Origin: Waterburya sp.
GTDB taxonomy: Bacteria; Cyanobacteriota; Cyanobacteriia; Cyanobacteriales; Xenococcaceae
Assembly: GCA_965217895.1 (NCBI GenBank)
Contig: CBDCJV010000002.1
Coordinates: forward strand, 4,991,816 to 5,015,815
Length of the DNA: 24,000 nt
Direction of reading: 5' to 3'
Positions within the stretch are counted from its first letter, which is position 1; the number at the start of each line of letters is the position of its first letter. The notes under the pieces are model-generated. The model did not search any database and was not told the DNA's origin. It was given only the letters and a program-made list of their open reading frames with translations. Below, one piece after another: positions 1 to 8,250 of the stretch. The translations under genes were made by a program, and so were the position numbers.

Positions 1-39
1 AGATAGACGCTTTGGCAAAGTGAAGACTTAAGTAAGCGA

Positions 40-684
40 CTAACTATTTTGTTGCTTAAGATATGCAAATACAGACTTGTCGCCAATATCAGGGTCGATC
101 GCCTGAATCATTTTTCTCACAGCAAAGACGCTAAAGCCGATTGACCAGATTCCTAGTAATGTCTGTTCTATTTCCACAGGAATAATTCCCGCTATATGTC
201 CTAATAGCAACAGGGGGACGATAGGAGTTAATATTTTTGTTTCAAGGCGATTAAAGCAAAAAGCTTCTTTAAAAAAAATTCCTGTTAAGGCAGCAAAGGT
301 AAAGCCTGTACCAAATAGGGTAAAAGGATGATTATATATGTATAGTGCCAAAGGTTCATTGGTCTGGGTGGCGATCGCCATTGTGGCAACTGTGCCAATT
401 ACCCAAAATCCTTGTAGGACTCGATGTAAAGCCTTCAGGTAAATATGAATATAAACTAGGCTAACACCCAATCCCAAAGAAAAGAGAGCAAATAAGAATG
501 TGATAGCTGGTAAAGCAGCCTTACCTTGAGCAAAGAAAAGATTAGAGGCGATCGCAAAGCTAGCTGCTGCCAAAACTAGACCTGCACGATAGATAATTAC
601 TTCTAGGCGATCGCTTTTGGTAATAGTATAATCGCCAAATTGTCCTTTATAGGTTTGAGGTTCTTTGTCTAAAAGAGCAATCAT
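40..684 (-). CDS. Integral membrane protein, cyanobacterial DUF2301-like (function unknown)
   Basis: 214-aa ORF with several long hydrophobic spans and three internal HIP1 sites. The family name is recalled from the N-terminal soluble stretch followed by a multi-TM pattern; it was not searched. Confidence 0.6.
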   Translation of the reverse strand: MIALLDKEPQTYKGQFGDYTITKSDRLEVIIYRAGLVLAAASFAIASNLFFAQGKAALPAITFLFALFSLGLGVSLVYIHIYLKALHRVLQGFWVIGTVATMAIATQTNEPLALYIYNHPFTLFGTGFTFAALTGIFFKEAFCFNRLETKILTPIVPLLLLGHIAGIIPVEIEQTLLGIWSIGFSVFAVRKMIQAIDPDIGDKSVFAYLKQQNS

Positions 685-794
685 AATTAACTTTATGTGA
701 ATTAGCTTTATTCTAATTTATTGGTTTTAAGCTCTTAGAGGTTGTCTAAGAAGTTTAATTGGCTGCCTTTCTCAACTTACATTAGGCATATATA

Positions 795-1586
795 CTAAAA
801 ACTTATTTTTACTTGAACTATATCTTGCCAGGTAAGCTGTAATTTTGCTTGGGCGTTTGCGCCATTGACCGCAATTTCTATCCAGCCATGACTACCAACT
901 ATAGCTATATTTTCGCCTAGGTTGACATCGCTATAAGTCTTGCCCTTATGAATCGTAATATTCTGGATAACTACTTGCCATGTTTTTCCTTTAACTAAAC
1001 CACCAGGAATATTAGTAATCAAGTTGCCAAAATGATCTATATACTGAATACAGCCAGTAATTTGCTCAGGAGTTTGTCTTAGCGGTGGTAAATTCAGTTT
1101 AGTTAAACTAGCTGGATCGATCGCCTGACCTAATTCTTGAATTTTAACTCCGTTAGCTAGGTGTGCGCCAACAGGAGCAAAAATATCTCTGCCGTGAAAA
1201 GTGTGACTGGGATCTGATACTCGCCAATACTGAGGATTGGTTAACTCTACAGCAGAAATAACTTCATCTAGTTCTAAAATACCGCTACAGATACCATTGT
1301 CAGGACAAACTACATATCCTTTCCTCAGTTTAATAGCTACGCCTCTTCTACTGCTACCAACTCCTGGATCGACTACCGCTACGTGAACTGTCTGAGATGG
1401 AAAATAGGGATAGGCATTTAATAAAGCAAATCTGGCTGCGAGTAGATTTTGTGGGGAAAGTTGGTGAGTTAGATCGATTACCTGTATTTGAGAATTAACT
1501 GCTGCGATCGCGCCTTTCATCACGCCGACATAAACATCGCGATCACCAAAGTCGGTTAACAAAGTCACAATGTTACCTGAAGCCAT
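795..1586 (-). CDS. SAM hydrolase / S-adenosyl-L-methionine hydroxide adenosyltransferase family (DUF62, fluorinase-chlorinase fold)
   Basis: 263-aa ORF. The N-terminal TLLTDFGDRDVYVGVMKGAI and VAVVDPGVGS motifs are characteristic of the DUF62 family. Confidence 0.8.
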   Translation of the reverse strand: MASGNIVTLLTDFGDRDVYVGVMKGAIAAVNSQIQVIDLTHQLSPQNLLAARFALLNAYPYFPSQTVHVAVVDPGVGSSRRGVAIKLRKGYVVCPDNGICSGILELDEVISAVELTNPQYWRVSDPSHTFHGRDIFAPVGAHLANGVKIQELGQAIDPASLTKLNLPPLRQTPEQITGCIQYIDHFGNLITNIPGGLVKGKTWQVVIQNITIHKGKTYSDVNLGENIAIVGSHGWIEIAVNGANAQAKLQLTWQDIVQVKISF

Positions 1587-1863
1587 AATTTTGTAATCCT
1601 TAATTCTGATTTTAGTCTATTGTTGCGATTTATTGGCACTCTTCGATCTTGTATCTGAAGTTACAGGATTATTAGGCTGTGGTTGATAGTATTTTAGTAA
1701 ACAAAACATTAAGTTCATTATCATCAAATCCATTTTCAACTGCGATTGACAAAGCCAGGGTTCGACGGGCGATCGCAATAATAAATGTCTTGTATTGGTT
1801 GTAAAAAGTGAATTAGTGAATTTTGCTCAAAAATCAATTAAATAAAAATAGGAGTTAATAAAG

Positions 1864-2964
1864 ATGGCTTTTCACGGAGATATTTCTTCTAGTAAAGATG
1901 CTGTGGGCGTAGCAGTCGTTAACTATAAAATGCCTCGCCTCCACACTAAAACCGAGGTCATAAAAAACTGTCACAAAATTGCCGAAATGATTGACGGGAT
2001 GAAAGTAGGATTACCAGGAATGGACTTGGTTATCTTTCCCGAATATTCAACTCACGGTATTATGTACGATCGCCAGGAAATGATGGATACTGCTGCCGTT
2101 ATTCCTGGAGAAGAAACCGCAATTTTTGCAGCAGCCTGTAAGCGAAATAAAGTCTGGGGCGTTTTTTCCCTGACGGGAGAAAGACACGAAGAGCATCCGA
2201 CAAAAGTTCCTTATAACACTTTAATCTTAATGAACGACGAGGGCGAAATCGTTCAAAAGTATCGTAAGATTATGCCTTGGTGTCCGATTGAAGGCTGGTA
2301 TCCAGGAAATAATACTTATGTTTCAGAAGGGCCAAAAGGACTAAAAATCAGCTTGATTATTTGCGATGATGGCAATTATCCTGAAATTTGGCGCGACTGT
2401 ACCATGAAGGGTGCAGAACTGATTGTGCGCTGTCAGGGCTATATGTATCCAGCTAAAGAACAGCAAATTATTGTGTCCAAAGCGATGGCGTGGATGAATA
2501 ATACCTATGTAGCTGTTGCTAACGCTTCTGGCTTTGACGGTGTGTATAGCTATTTCGGACATTCGGCAATTGTCGGTTTTGACGGACGTACTTTAGGAGA
2601 ATGTGGCGAAGAAGAAAACGGCGTACAGTATGCCACTCTTTCTAAATTCTCTATCCGCGACTTTCGCGCTAATGCTCAATCCCAAAACCATATATTTAAG
2701 TTAATGCACCGTGGCTACACTGGTTTGATTAACTCTGGAGAAGGTGCAGAGGGTGTACAAACCTGTCCCTTTGATTTTTATCGCGATTGGGTACTAGACG
2801 AACAAAAAGCCAAAGAAACGGCGGAGAAGATTACACGCTCTACCGTCGGTACAGAGGAATGTCCTATTGAAGGATTACCAACAGAGGCAGCTACAGCAGA
2901 AGCTCCAGAGAAGTTAGAGCCAATGCCACAGCTAGAGACAAAATCAGAACCCAGCTTAGTCTAG
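1864..2964 (+). CDS. amiE: Aliphatic amidase (acylamide amidohydrolase), nitrilase superfamily
   Basis: 366-aa ORF with an AGGAG RBS upstream (aaataggagttaataaagATG). It is nearly colinear with my recollection of Pseudomonas aeruginosa AmiE: [27 protein letters not shown] (Glu), KYRKIMPW (Lys), and [16 protein letters not shown] (catalytic Cys). It carries an extra ~20-aa Pro/Glu/Ala-rich C-terminal tail. Confidence 0.9.
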   Translation: MAFHGDISSSKDAVGVAVVNYKMPRLHTKTEVIKNCHKIAEMIDGMKVGLPGMDLVIFPEYSTHGIMYDRQEMMDTAAVIPGEETAIFAAACKRNKVWGVFSLTGERHEEHPTKVPYNTLILMNDEGEIVQKYRKIMPWCPIEGWYPGNNTYVSEGPKGLKISLIICDDGNYPEIWRDCTMKGAELIVRCQGYMYPAKEQQIIVSKAMAWMNNTYVAVANASGFDGVYSYFGHSAIVGFDGRTLGECGEEENGVQYATLSKFSIRDFRANAQSQNHIFKLMHRGYTGLINSGEGAEGVQTCPFDFYRDWVLDEQKAKETAEKITRSTVGTEECPIEGLPTEAATAEAPEKLEPMPQLETKSEPSLV

Positions 2965-3020
2965 AGCTTAACTATTTAGATGAATGTCTAAAGTCTGTCG
3001 GGTAAACATTTTCTGATTAT

Positions 3021-4046
3021 ATGGAGAACGAACCAATGCTTGATTATGAAATCTTCGATCTTGGAGAGGTTACAGTTCAGTCAGGAGCAACGTTACGAGA
3101 TGCCAAACTGGCATACAAAACTTATGGTACTCTTAATGCCGATAAAAGCAACGTCATTGTTTATCCGACTTGGTATTCTGGGCAACACTACGACAACGAA
3201 TGGTTAATTGGGTAGGGTATGGCACTCGATCCCCAAAAATACTTTATTATTATTCCCAATATGTTCGGGAATGGTTTATCTTCTTCACCTAGTAATACGC
3301 CCCCTCCTTATGACCGCGCTAGATTTCCTCACGTAACTTTTTATGACAACGTTGTGGCACAGCAGCGTTTAGTTACAGAAAAATTTGGCATTGAAAAGAT
3401 TGCATTAGTTACTGGCTGGTCGATGGGAGCAGGACAAACTTACCAGTGGGGAGTTAGCTATCCAGAAATGGTCGAACGCATTTTTCCTTTTTGTGGTTCT
3501 GCCAAAACTAGCCTTCACAACATTGTCTTTTTAGAAGGGGTAAAAGCCGCAATTCAAACTGATGTAGCTTGGCAAGAAGGATGGTACGAGCAGCAGCCTA
3601 ATAAGGGATTAAGGGCTGTCGGTCGAGTTTATGCTGGTTGGGGATTGTCTCAGGCTTTTTATCGCCAAAAGGTCTATCTCCAGATGGGATATTCATCTCT
3701 AGAAGATTTTTTGGTAGCTTTCTGGGAAGGCTTTTTTCTGCGCAAGGATGCCAACAATCTTTTAGCTATGCTGTGGACTTGGCAAAATGGCAATATTGGT
3801 AACACGCCAGGATTTGACGGCAATTTTGAGCGAGCATTGGCAGCAATTAAAGCTAAAGCGATTGTGATGCCAGGAGAAACCGACCTCTACTTTCCCCCAG
3901 AAGATAATGAATACGAAGTAAAGCATCTGCATAACGCCAAGTTTCTTGCCATTCCTTCTATTTGGGGTCACTTTGCTGGTGGCGGTATTAATTCGGTTGA
4001 TACTGAGTTTATCGATCGCAACATCCAAGAATTACTAGCACGATAG
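3021..4046 (+). pseudogene. MetX / homoserine O-acetyltransferase-like alpha/beta hydrolase interrupted by one in-frame TAG (3213-3215)
   Basis: ORFs 3021..3215 and 3219..4046 share a frame and are separated only by a TAG and one Gly codon. The joined product reads ...YPTWYSGQHYDNEWLIG*GMALDPQKYFIIIPNMFGNG..., which is continuous in family members. The GWSMG nucleophile elbow and a C-terminal His (WGHFAGG) are intact. Confidence 0.7.
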
Positions 4047-4092
4047 CCACAGATATTGTTTTTAGTACTCAATTTAAACTAAAAACCAAAAA

Positions 4093-4122
4093 GTGTTCTA
4101 ACACAGCCTTGTATTGCTATAT
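4093..4122. repeat. Left copy of a 30-nt inverted repeat (gtgttctaacacagccttgtattgctatat)
   Basis: The reverse complement of 8144-8173 is gtgtcctaacacagcctcgtattgctatat, which gives 28/30 identity by direct comparison. Confidence 0.85.
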
Positions 4123-4140
4123 TTAAAAAATACTATATAG

Positions 4141-4255
4141 GACTTACGCAGTTTAACGAGTTTTGCCCCCTAACCCCCCAAATCTGGGAGGAACAAGACA
4201 AGAATTGAAAGTCCCTGGATAGAGATCGCAGTTTGAGGTTCGAGACGCTTTCTGA
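4141..4255. repeat. Fragment resembling short dispersed cyanobacterial repeats (MITE-like), occupying the place of the yefM 5' part
   Basis: The sequence ggacttacgcag...ccccctaaccccccaaatctgggagg...gaaagtccctgg resembles the CCCCTAACCCCC / AAAGTCCC-type repeat families I recall from cyanobacterial genomes. No terminal inverted repeat is visible and no second copy occurs in this window. Confidence 0.3.
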
Positions 4256-4336
4256 CCCATAGTTTTTCATAATTTAATGGAAGCGATCGCTCGTGACAAA
4301 GCTGGAGAATACGAGAAACAAGGCCTTTTAGATTAA
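4256..4336 (+). pseudogene. yefM: C-terminal remnant of a YefM/Phd-type antitoxin
   Basis: The frame is open only from 4256 (TGA at 4253-4255). The tail NLMEAIARDKAGEYEKQGLLD* aligns with the E. coli YefM tail [21 protein letters not shown]. Its TAA directly abuts the yoeB ATG (taaATG), the usual TA-operon junction. The N-terminal ~60 residues are absent. Confidence 0.55.
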
Positions 4337-4561
4337 ATGCGCGATCTATTTTGGGATAGTAAAGCTTGGCAGGATTATATTTATTGGCAGAGTCAGGATA
4401 AAAAGACCCTTACTAATCCATTTGAAGGCATGGGAAAACCAGAACCGTTAAAGGAAAACTTGTCAGGTTATTGGTCGCGAAGAATTGATGAAACTAATCG
4501 AATTGTTTATAGAGTGACTGATGAATACATCAAGATAATTTTTTGTCAGTATCATTATTGA
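4337..4561 (+). CDS. yoeB: YoeB/Txe-family mRNA interferase toxin with an in-frame internal deletion
   Basis: The 74-aa ORF matches E. coli YoeB at W..DY.YWQ..DKK, PFEG.GKPEPLK.NLSG.WSRRI and the terminal YHY. About 11 residues corresponding to KKINELIKDTRR (helix 2) are missing between DKKTL and TNPFEG. Confidence 0.8.
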   Translation: MRDLFWDSKAWQDYIYWQSQDKKTLTNPFEGMGKPEPLKENLSGYWSRRIDETNRIVYRVTDEYIKIIFCQYHY

Positions 4562-4703
4562 TTAATGAATATAGCGATCGCTCTTTCTATACCCATATAA
4601 AGCGATCGCCCTACTCTCAAATCATAAATATTTATACCCAATTTCCTCACTACAACAATAAAATCATTGATAATTGGTAATTGATCATTGATAATTGATT
4701 TTT

Positions 4704-7433
4704 ATGTCTTTTGTTGGCTTACATATCCATAGCGACTATAGCTTGCTTGATGGTGCATCTCAGATTCCTCAGCTAATCGATCGCGCTTTAGAATTAGATA
4801 TGCCAGCGATCGCTCTTACGGATCATGGAGTAATGTATGGGGCGATTGAACTGATCAAAGTCTGTCGCAACAAAGGCATCAAGCCGATCATTGGCAATGA
4901 GATGTATGTAATTAATGGCGATATTGAAGTCAACATCACCGAAAAGAAAAAACGCCACCGCAAATATCATCAGGTAGTGTTGGCGAAAAATACCCAGGGA
5001 TACAAGAATTTAGTTAAGCTAACCACTATTTCCCACCTCAAAGGCTATCAGGGTAGCGGTATTTTTGCCCGTCCCTGTATTAATAAAGAACTATTAGAGA
5101 AATATCACGAAGGTTTAATTGTTACTAGTGCTTGCTTAGGAGGAGAAGTTCCCCAGGCAATTTTAAAAGGCGATCTTGCTCATGCAGAAAAAGTAGCCAA
5201 ATGGTATCAAGATTTGTTTGGCGATGACTACTACCTAGAAATACAGGATCACGGTTCACCAGAAGATCGGATGGTGAATGTGGCAATTGTCAATATTGCT
5301 CGCAAATTAGGTATCCAATTCATTGCCACCAACGATTCTCACTTTATCTCTTGCTATGACGTAGAGGCACACGATGCTTTATTATGTATTCTGACTCAAA
5401 AGCGCATAACCGATGATAAAAGGCTGCGCTATAGCGGTACAGAGTATCTTAAGTCCGCCGACGAGATGAGGCTGCTGTTTCGCGATCATTTAGAAGATGA
5501 CGTGATCGAAAAAGCGATCGCAACTACCGTAGAAGTTGCCGACAAAGTGCAGCCCTATAACATTCTGGGCGAACCCCGTATTCCTGATTATCCTGTTCCC
5601 GCAGGACATACTGCCGATAGTTATTTAGAAGAAGTTACTCGCCAGGGTTTATTAGAAAGGCTCAAGTGTCGCAACCATCACGAAGTTCCAGCAGAATATA
5701 TGCAGAGGCTTGAGGTAGAACTCAAGGTCATGCAGTCAAAAGGCTTTTCTACTTACTTTCTGGTAGTTTGGGACTATATTAAATACGCCAGAGATAATGA
5801 TATCCCCGTTGGACCAGGGAGAGGTAGTGCTGCGGGGTCATTAGTGGCATATTGTCTCAAAATCACCAACATCGACCCAATTCATCACGGTTTACTGTTT
5901 GAGCGTTTTCTCAATCCCGAACGGAAATCTATGCCTGATGTAGATACAGATTTCTGTCCCGATCGCCGTAGCGATATGATTAAATACGTTACCGACAAGT
6001 ATGGTGAGGCAAATGTTGCCCAAATTATCACCTTTAACCGCATGACTTCTAAGGCGGTGTTAAAAGATGTGGGTAGGGTATTAGGCATTGACTTTGGCGA
6101 TCAAAATCGGATTGCTAAGATGATTCCTGTAGTGCGCGGTAAACCGACTAAGCTTAAGGTGATGATCTCTCAAGGCACTCCTGAACCCGCTTTTAAACAG
6201 GCTTATGAAAGCGAAAGTGTACCTATTTATGACGATAACAAAGGGGAAATCGGTTCGGTGGCAGTTCGCAACTGGGTTGATATGGCAATTCGCATTGAAG
6301 GTACAAATAAAACCTTCGGGGTTCATGCTGCGGGAGTAGTTATTTCTTCCCAACCTTTAGATGAAATTGTACCTTTACAAAAAAATAACGATGGCTCGGT
6401 AATTACTCAATATTACATGGAAGATGTTGAGGCTATGGGTCTTTTGAAAATGGATTTTTTAGGCTTAAAAAATTTAACCACCATTCAGCGAGCAGCCGCT
6501 CTAGTTCAGAAAACTCAAGGTGTCACTTTAGATTTAGATCAAATACCTCTAGATGAACGCAAGGCATTAGAAATTATTGCTAAGGGTAAGCATAAAAAGC
6601 TGCCTGACGACATTCAAAAGACTCATAAACTCTTCCGCGCTGGTAATTTAGAGGGCATTTTTCAACTCGAATCTGATGGCATGAAACAAATTACTAGAGA
6701 CTTAAAACCTTCTGGGATAGAAGATATTTCTTCTATCTCCGCTCTCTATCGTCCAGGGCCTCTAGACGCAGGATTAATTCCGATTTTTATTGATCGCAAA
6801 CATGGTAAAGAACAGGTTAGTTATCAGCATCCTCTATTAGAATCCATTCTCAAAGAAACCTATGGAGTAATTGTCTATCAAGAGCAAATTATGAAAATTG
6901 CTCAGGAATTAGCAGGTTATTCTTTAGGTGAAGCTGACTTACTCCGTCGCTGTATGGGTAAAAAAAAGCTAGCTGAAATGGAGAAACATCGAGAGAAGTT
7001 TATTGATGGTTCGGCTAAAAATGGTGTCAGAAAAGAGGTAGCCAATGAACTATTCGATCAGATGGTACTATTTGCCGAGTATTGCCTAAGTTACGATACA
7101 GAAATATATACCGTTGAATATGGGGCGTTGCCCATTGGCAAAATAGTTGAGTCAAAAATTAAATGTAGCGTCTATACCGTAGATAAAAATGGTTTGGTTT
7201 ATACTCAGCCTGTAGCGCAGTGGCATGATCGCGGTATACAAGAAGTTTTTGAATATACTCTAGATAATGGCTCAAGCATTCAGGCGACAAAAAATCACAA
7301 ATTCATGACTACTGATGGACAAATGCTGTCCATAGATCAAGTATTTCAAAGGGGTTTAGAACTTAAAGAAATTGGTTCTCTTAAATACAAACTACAGCCT
7401 TTAGCAATGAAACATTTTAGTGGACATTCATGA
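4704..7433 (+). CDS. dnaE: DNA polymerase III alpha subunit, N-terminal split half fused to the DnaE N-intein (DnaE-n)
   Basis: [17 protein letters not shown] (PHP domain) starts at ATG 4704; the ORF track begins at TTG 4695. Polymerase core motifs are present, including [16 protein letters not shown]. The extein ends at ...LFAEY and is followed by [22 protein letters not shown]...AQWHDRG.QEVFEY, the classic DnaE split-intein N fragment, and then a stop. Confidence 0.95.
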   Translation: MSFVGLHIHSDYSLLDGASQIPQLIDRALELDMPAIALTDHGVMYGAIELIKVCRNKGIKPIIGNEMYVINGDIEVNITEKKKRHRKYHQVVLAKNTQGYKNLVKLTTISHLKGYQGSGIFARPCINKELLEKYHEGLIVTSACLGGEVPQAILKGDLAHAEKVAKWYQDLFGDDYYLEIQDHGSPEDRMVNVAIVNIARKLGIQFIATNDSHFISCYDVEAHDALLCILTQKRITDDKRLRYSGTEYLKSADEMRLLFRDHLEDDVIEKAIATTVEVADKVQPYNILGEPRIPDYPVPAGHTADSYLEEVTRQGLLERLKCRNHHEVPAEYMQRLEVELKVMQSKGFSTYFLVVWDYIKYARDNDIPVGPGRGSAAGSLVAYCLKITNIDPIHHGLLFERFLNPERKSMPDVDTDFCPDRRSDMIKYVTDKYGEANVAQIITFNRMTSKAVLKDVGRVLGIDFGDQNRIAKMIPVVRGKPTKLKVMISQGTPEPAFKQAYESESVPIYDDNKGEIGSVAVRNWVDMAIRIEGTNKTFGVHAAGVVISSQPLDEIVPLQKNNDGSVITQYYMEDVEAMGLLKMDFLGLKNLTTIQRAAALVQKTQGVTLDLDQIPLDERKALEIIAKGKHKKLPDDIQKTHKLFRAGNLEGIFQLESDGMKQITRDLKPSGIEDISSISALYRPGPLDAGLIPIFIDRKHGKEQVSYQHPLLESILKETYGVIVYQEQIMKIAQELAGYSLGEADLLRRCMGKKKLAEMEKHREKFIDGSAKNGVRKEVANELFDQMVLFAEYCLSYDTEIYTVEYGALPIGKIVESKIKCSVYTVDKNGLVYTQPVAQWHDRGIQEVFEYTLDNGSSIQATKNHKFMTTDGQMLSIDQVFQRGLELKEIGSLKYKLQPLAMKHFSGHS
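7083..7430 (+). other. DnaE split-intein N-fragment (IntN), 116 aa
   Basis: Cys1 codon TGC lies at 7083-7085, directly after FAEY. The fragment is strongly similar to the Npu/Ssp DnaE IntN sequences I recall, and it ends at the stop codon with no C-intein or C-extein. Confidence 0.9.
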
Positions 7434-7524
7434 CTTACAATATTTACTAATGTGATTTCAAGAGTCAAATATTTTCTCAAGAAATCTAATTTTTGCCATT
7501 GTAATTATTATTTCTCTTATCAAC

Positions 7525-8139
7525 ATGGATATCAAAAAACTTATTTCTACAGCTAACGAACTACATACTAAATTGAGCGATGTAGACCAGAAAGTAATTA
7601 GTAGAAAACAGGAATTGGACAATATTAATAGAGCGATAAGCCAAGCACAACAGCAATTAGAGCAAAAAGTAGCTGCTATTACCAGTGCCATTAATAATAA
7701 GCACCAAGAGTTAGAAAATTTAAGTCAGGAATTATCTAATCGTCAATCTTTGTTAGCTGAAATACAGGGCAATGTAGCGTCAAATGCTGCAAATAATGCT
7801 AAATATGAAGCGAAAGCAAATAACAACGTAGAATCTAAAAATACCCCCCAAAATTTAGGTCAGCCAGCAGACATATTTGTTGAAATGAAAAAACAAGCTT
7901 CTCTAGAAGACTATATAAGATCTAAATTTGAAAAGGAGTATGGTATTAAATATCCTAATTCAGGACAAGCTCTGAACGATAAAGATTTTAATATTGTGCT
8001 AGAAAGGTTAATCGAGCGAGCAAGACAAAATAATAATCTACCTGAAGCGATCGAAGATTATTTATCAAATTACTCCAAAACTTTGAATAATCAGCAGATA
8101 GAGGAAATGAGGAAAAAAGCAGGTTCTGTGACAAGATAA
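7525..8139 (+). CDS. Hypothetical protein with an N-terminal coiled-coil (Q/N/E/K-rich); no recognisable family
   Basis: 204-aa ORF with a heptad-like N-terminal half (aa ~5-95), a low-complexity N/A-rich linker and a more globular C-terminal half. No clear RBS. Coding status rests only on ORF length in an AT-rich context. Confidence 0.5.
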   Translation: MDIKKLISTANELHTKLSDVDQKVISRKQELDNINRAISQAQQQLEQKVAAITSAINNKHQELENLSQELSNRQSLLAEIQGNVASNAANNAKYEAKANNNVESKNTPQNLGQPADIFVEMKKQASLEDYIRSKFEKEYGIKYPNSGQALNDKDFNIVLERLIERARQNNNLPEAIEDYLSNYSKTLNNQQIEEMRKKAGSVTR

Positions 8140-8143
8140 GAAT

Positions 8144-8173
8144 ATATAGCAATACGAGGCTGTGTTAGGACAC
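8144..8173. repeat. Right copy of the 30-nt inverted repeat (atatagcaatacgaggctgtgttaggacac)
   Basis: It is 28/30 complementary to 4093-4122 and starts 5 nt after the stop codon of the 7525..8139 ORF. Confidence 0.85.
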
Positions 8174-8250
8174 TCCCTGCGAGAAAGTTGTACTCACAGC
8201 ATCTAATACCCCTTGGCTACTTACGAGCAATCAAATTTTCTGTCCTGTCT

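Noticed and set aside
1758-1772. GGGTTCGACGGGCGA upstream of amiE resembles the minus-strand island sequence GGGTTCGAC-agttt-GACGGGCGAC (8442-8419).
   Set aside because: This is a post-hoc match of a 9-mer plus a short GC block that overlaps a HIP1 context (GGGCGATCGC). There is no extended similarity on either side.
4207-4215. GAAAGTCCC, which resembles the RNase P RNA P4 motif GAGGAAAGUCCGGGC.
   Set aside because: It is an isolated 9-mer inside a repeat-like fragment, with none of the other universally conserved RNase P regions nearby.
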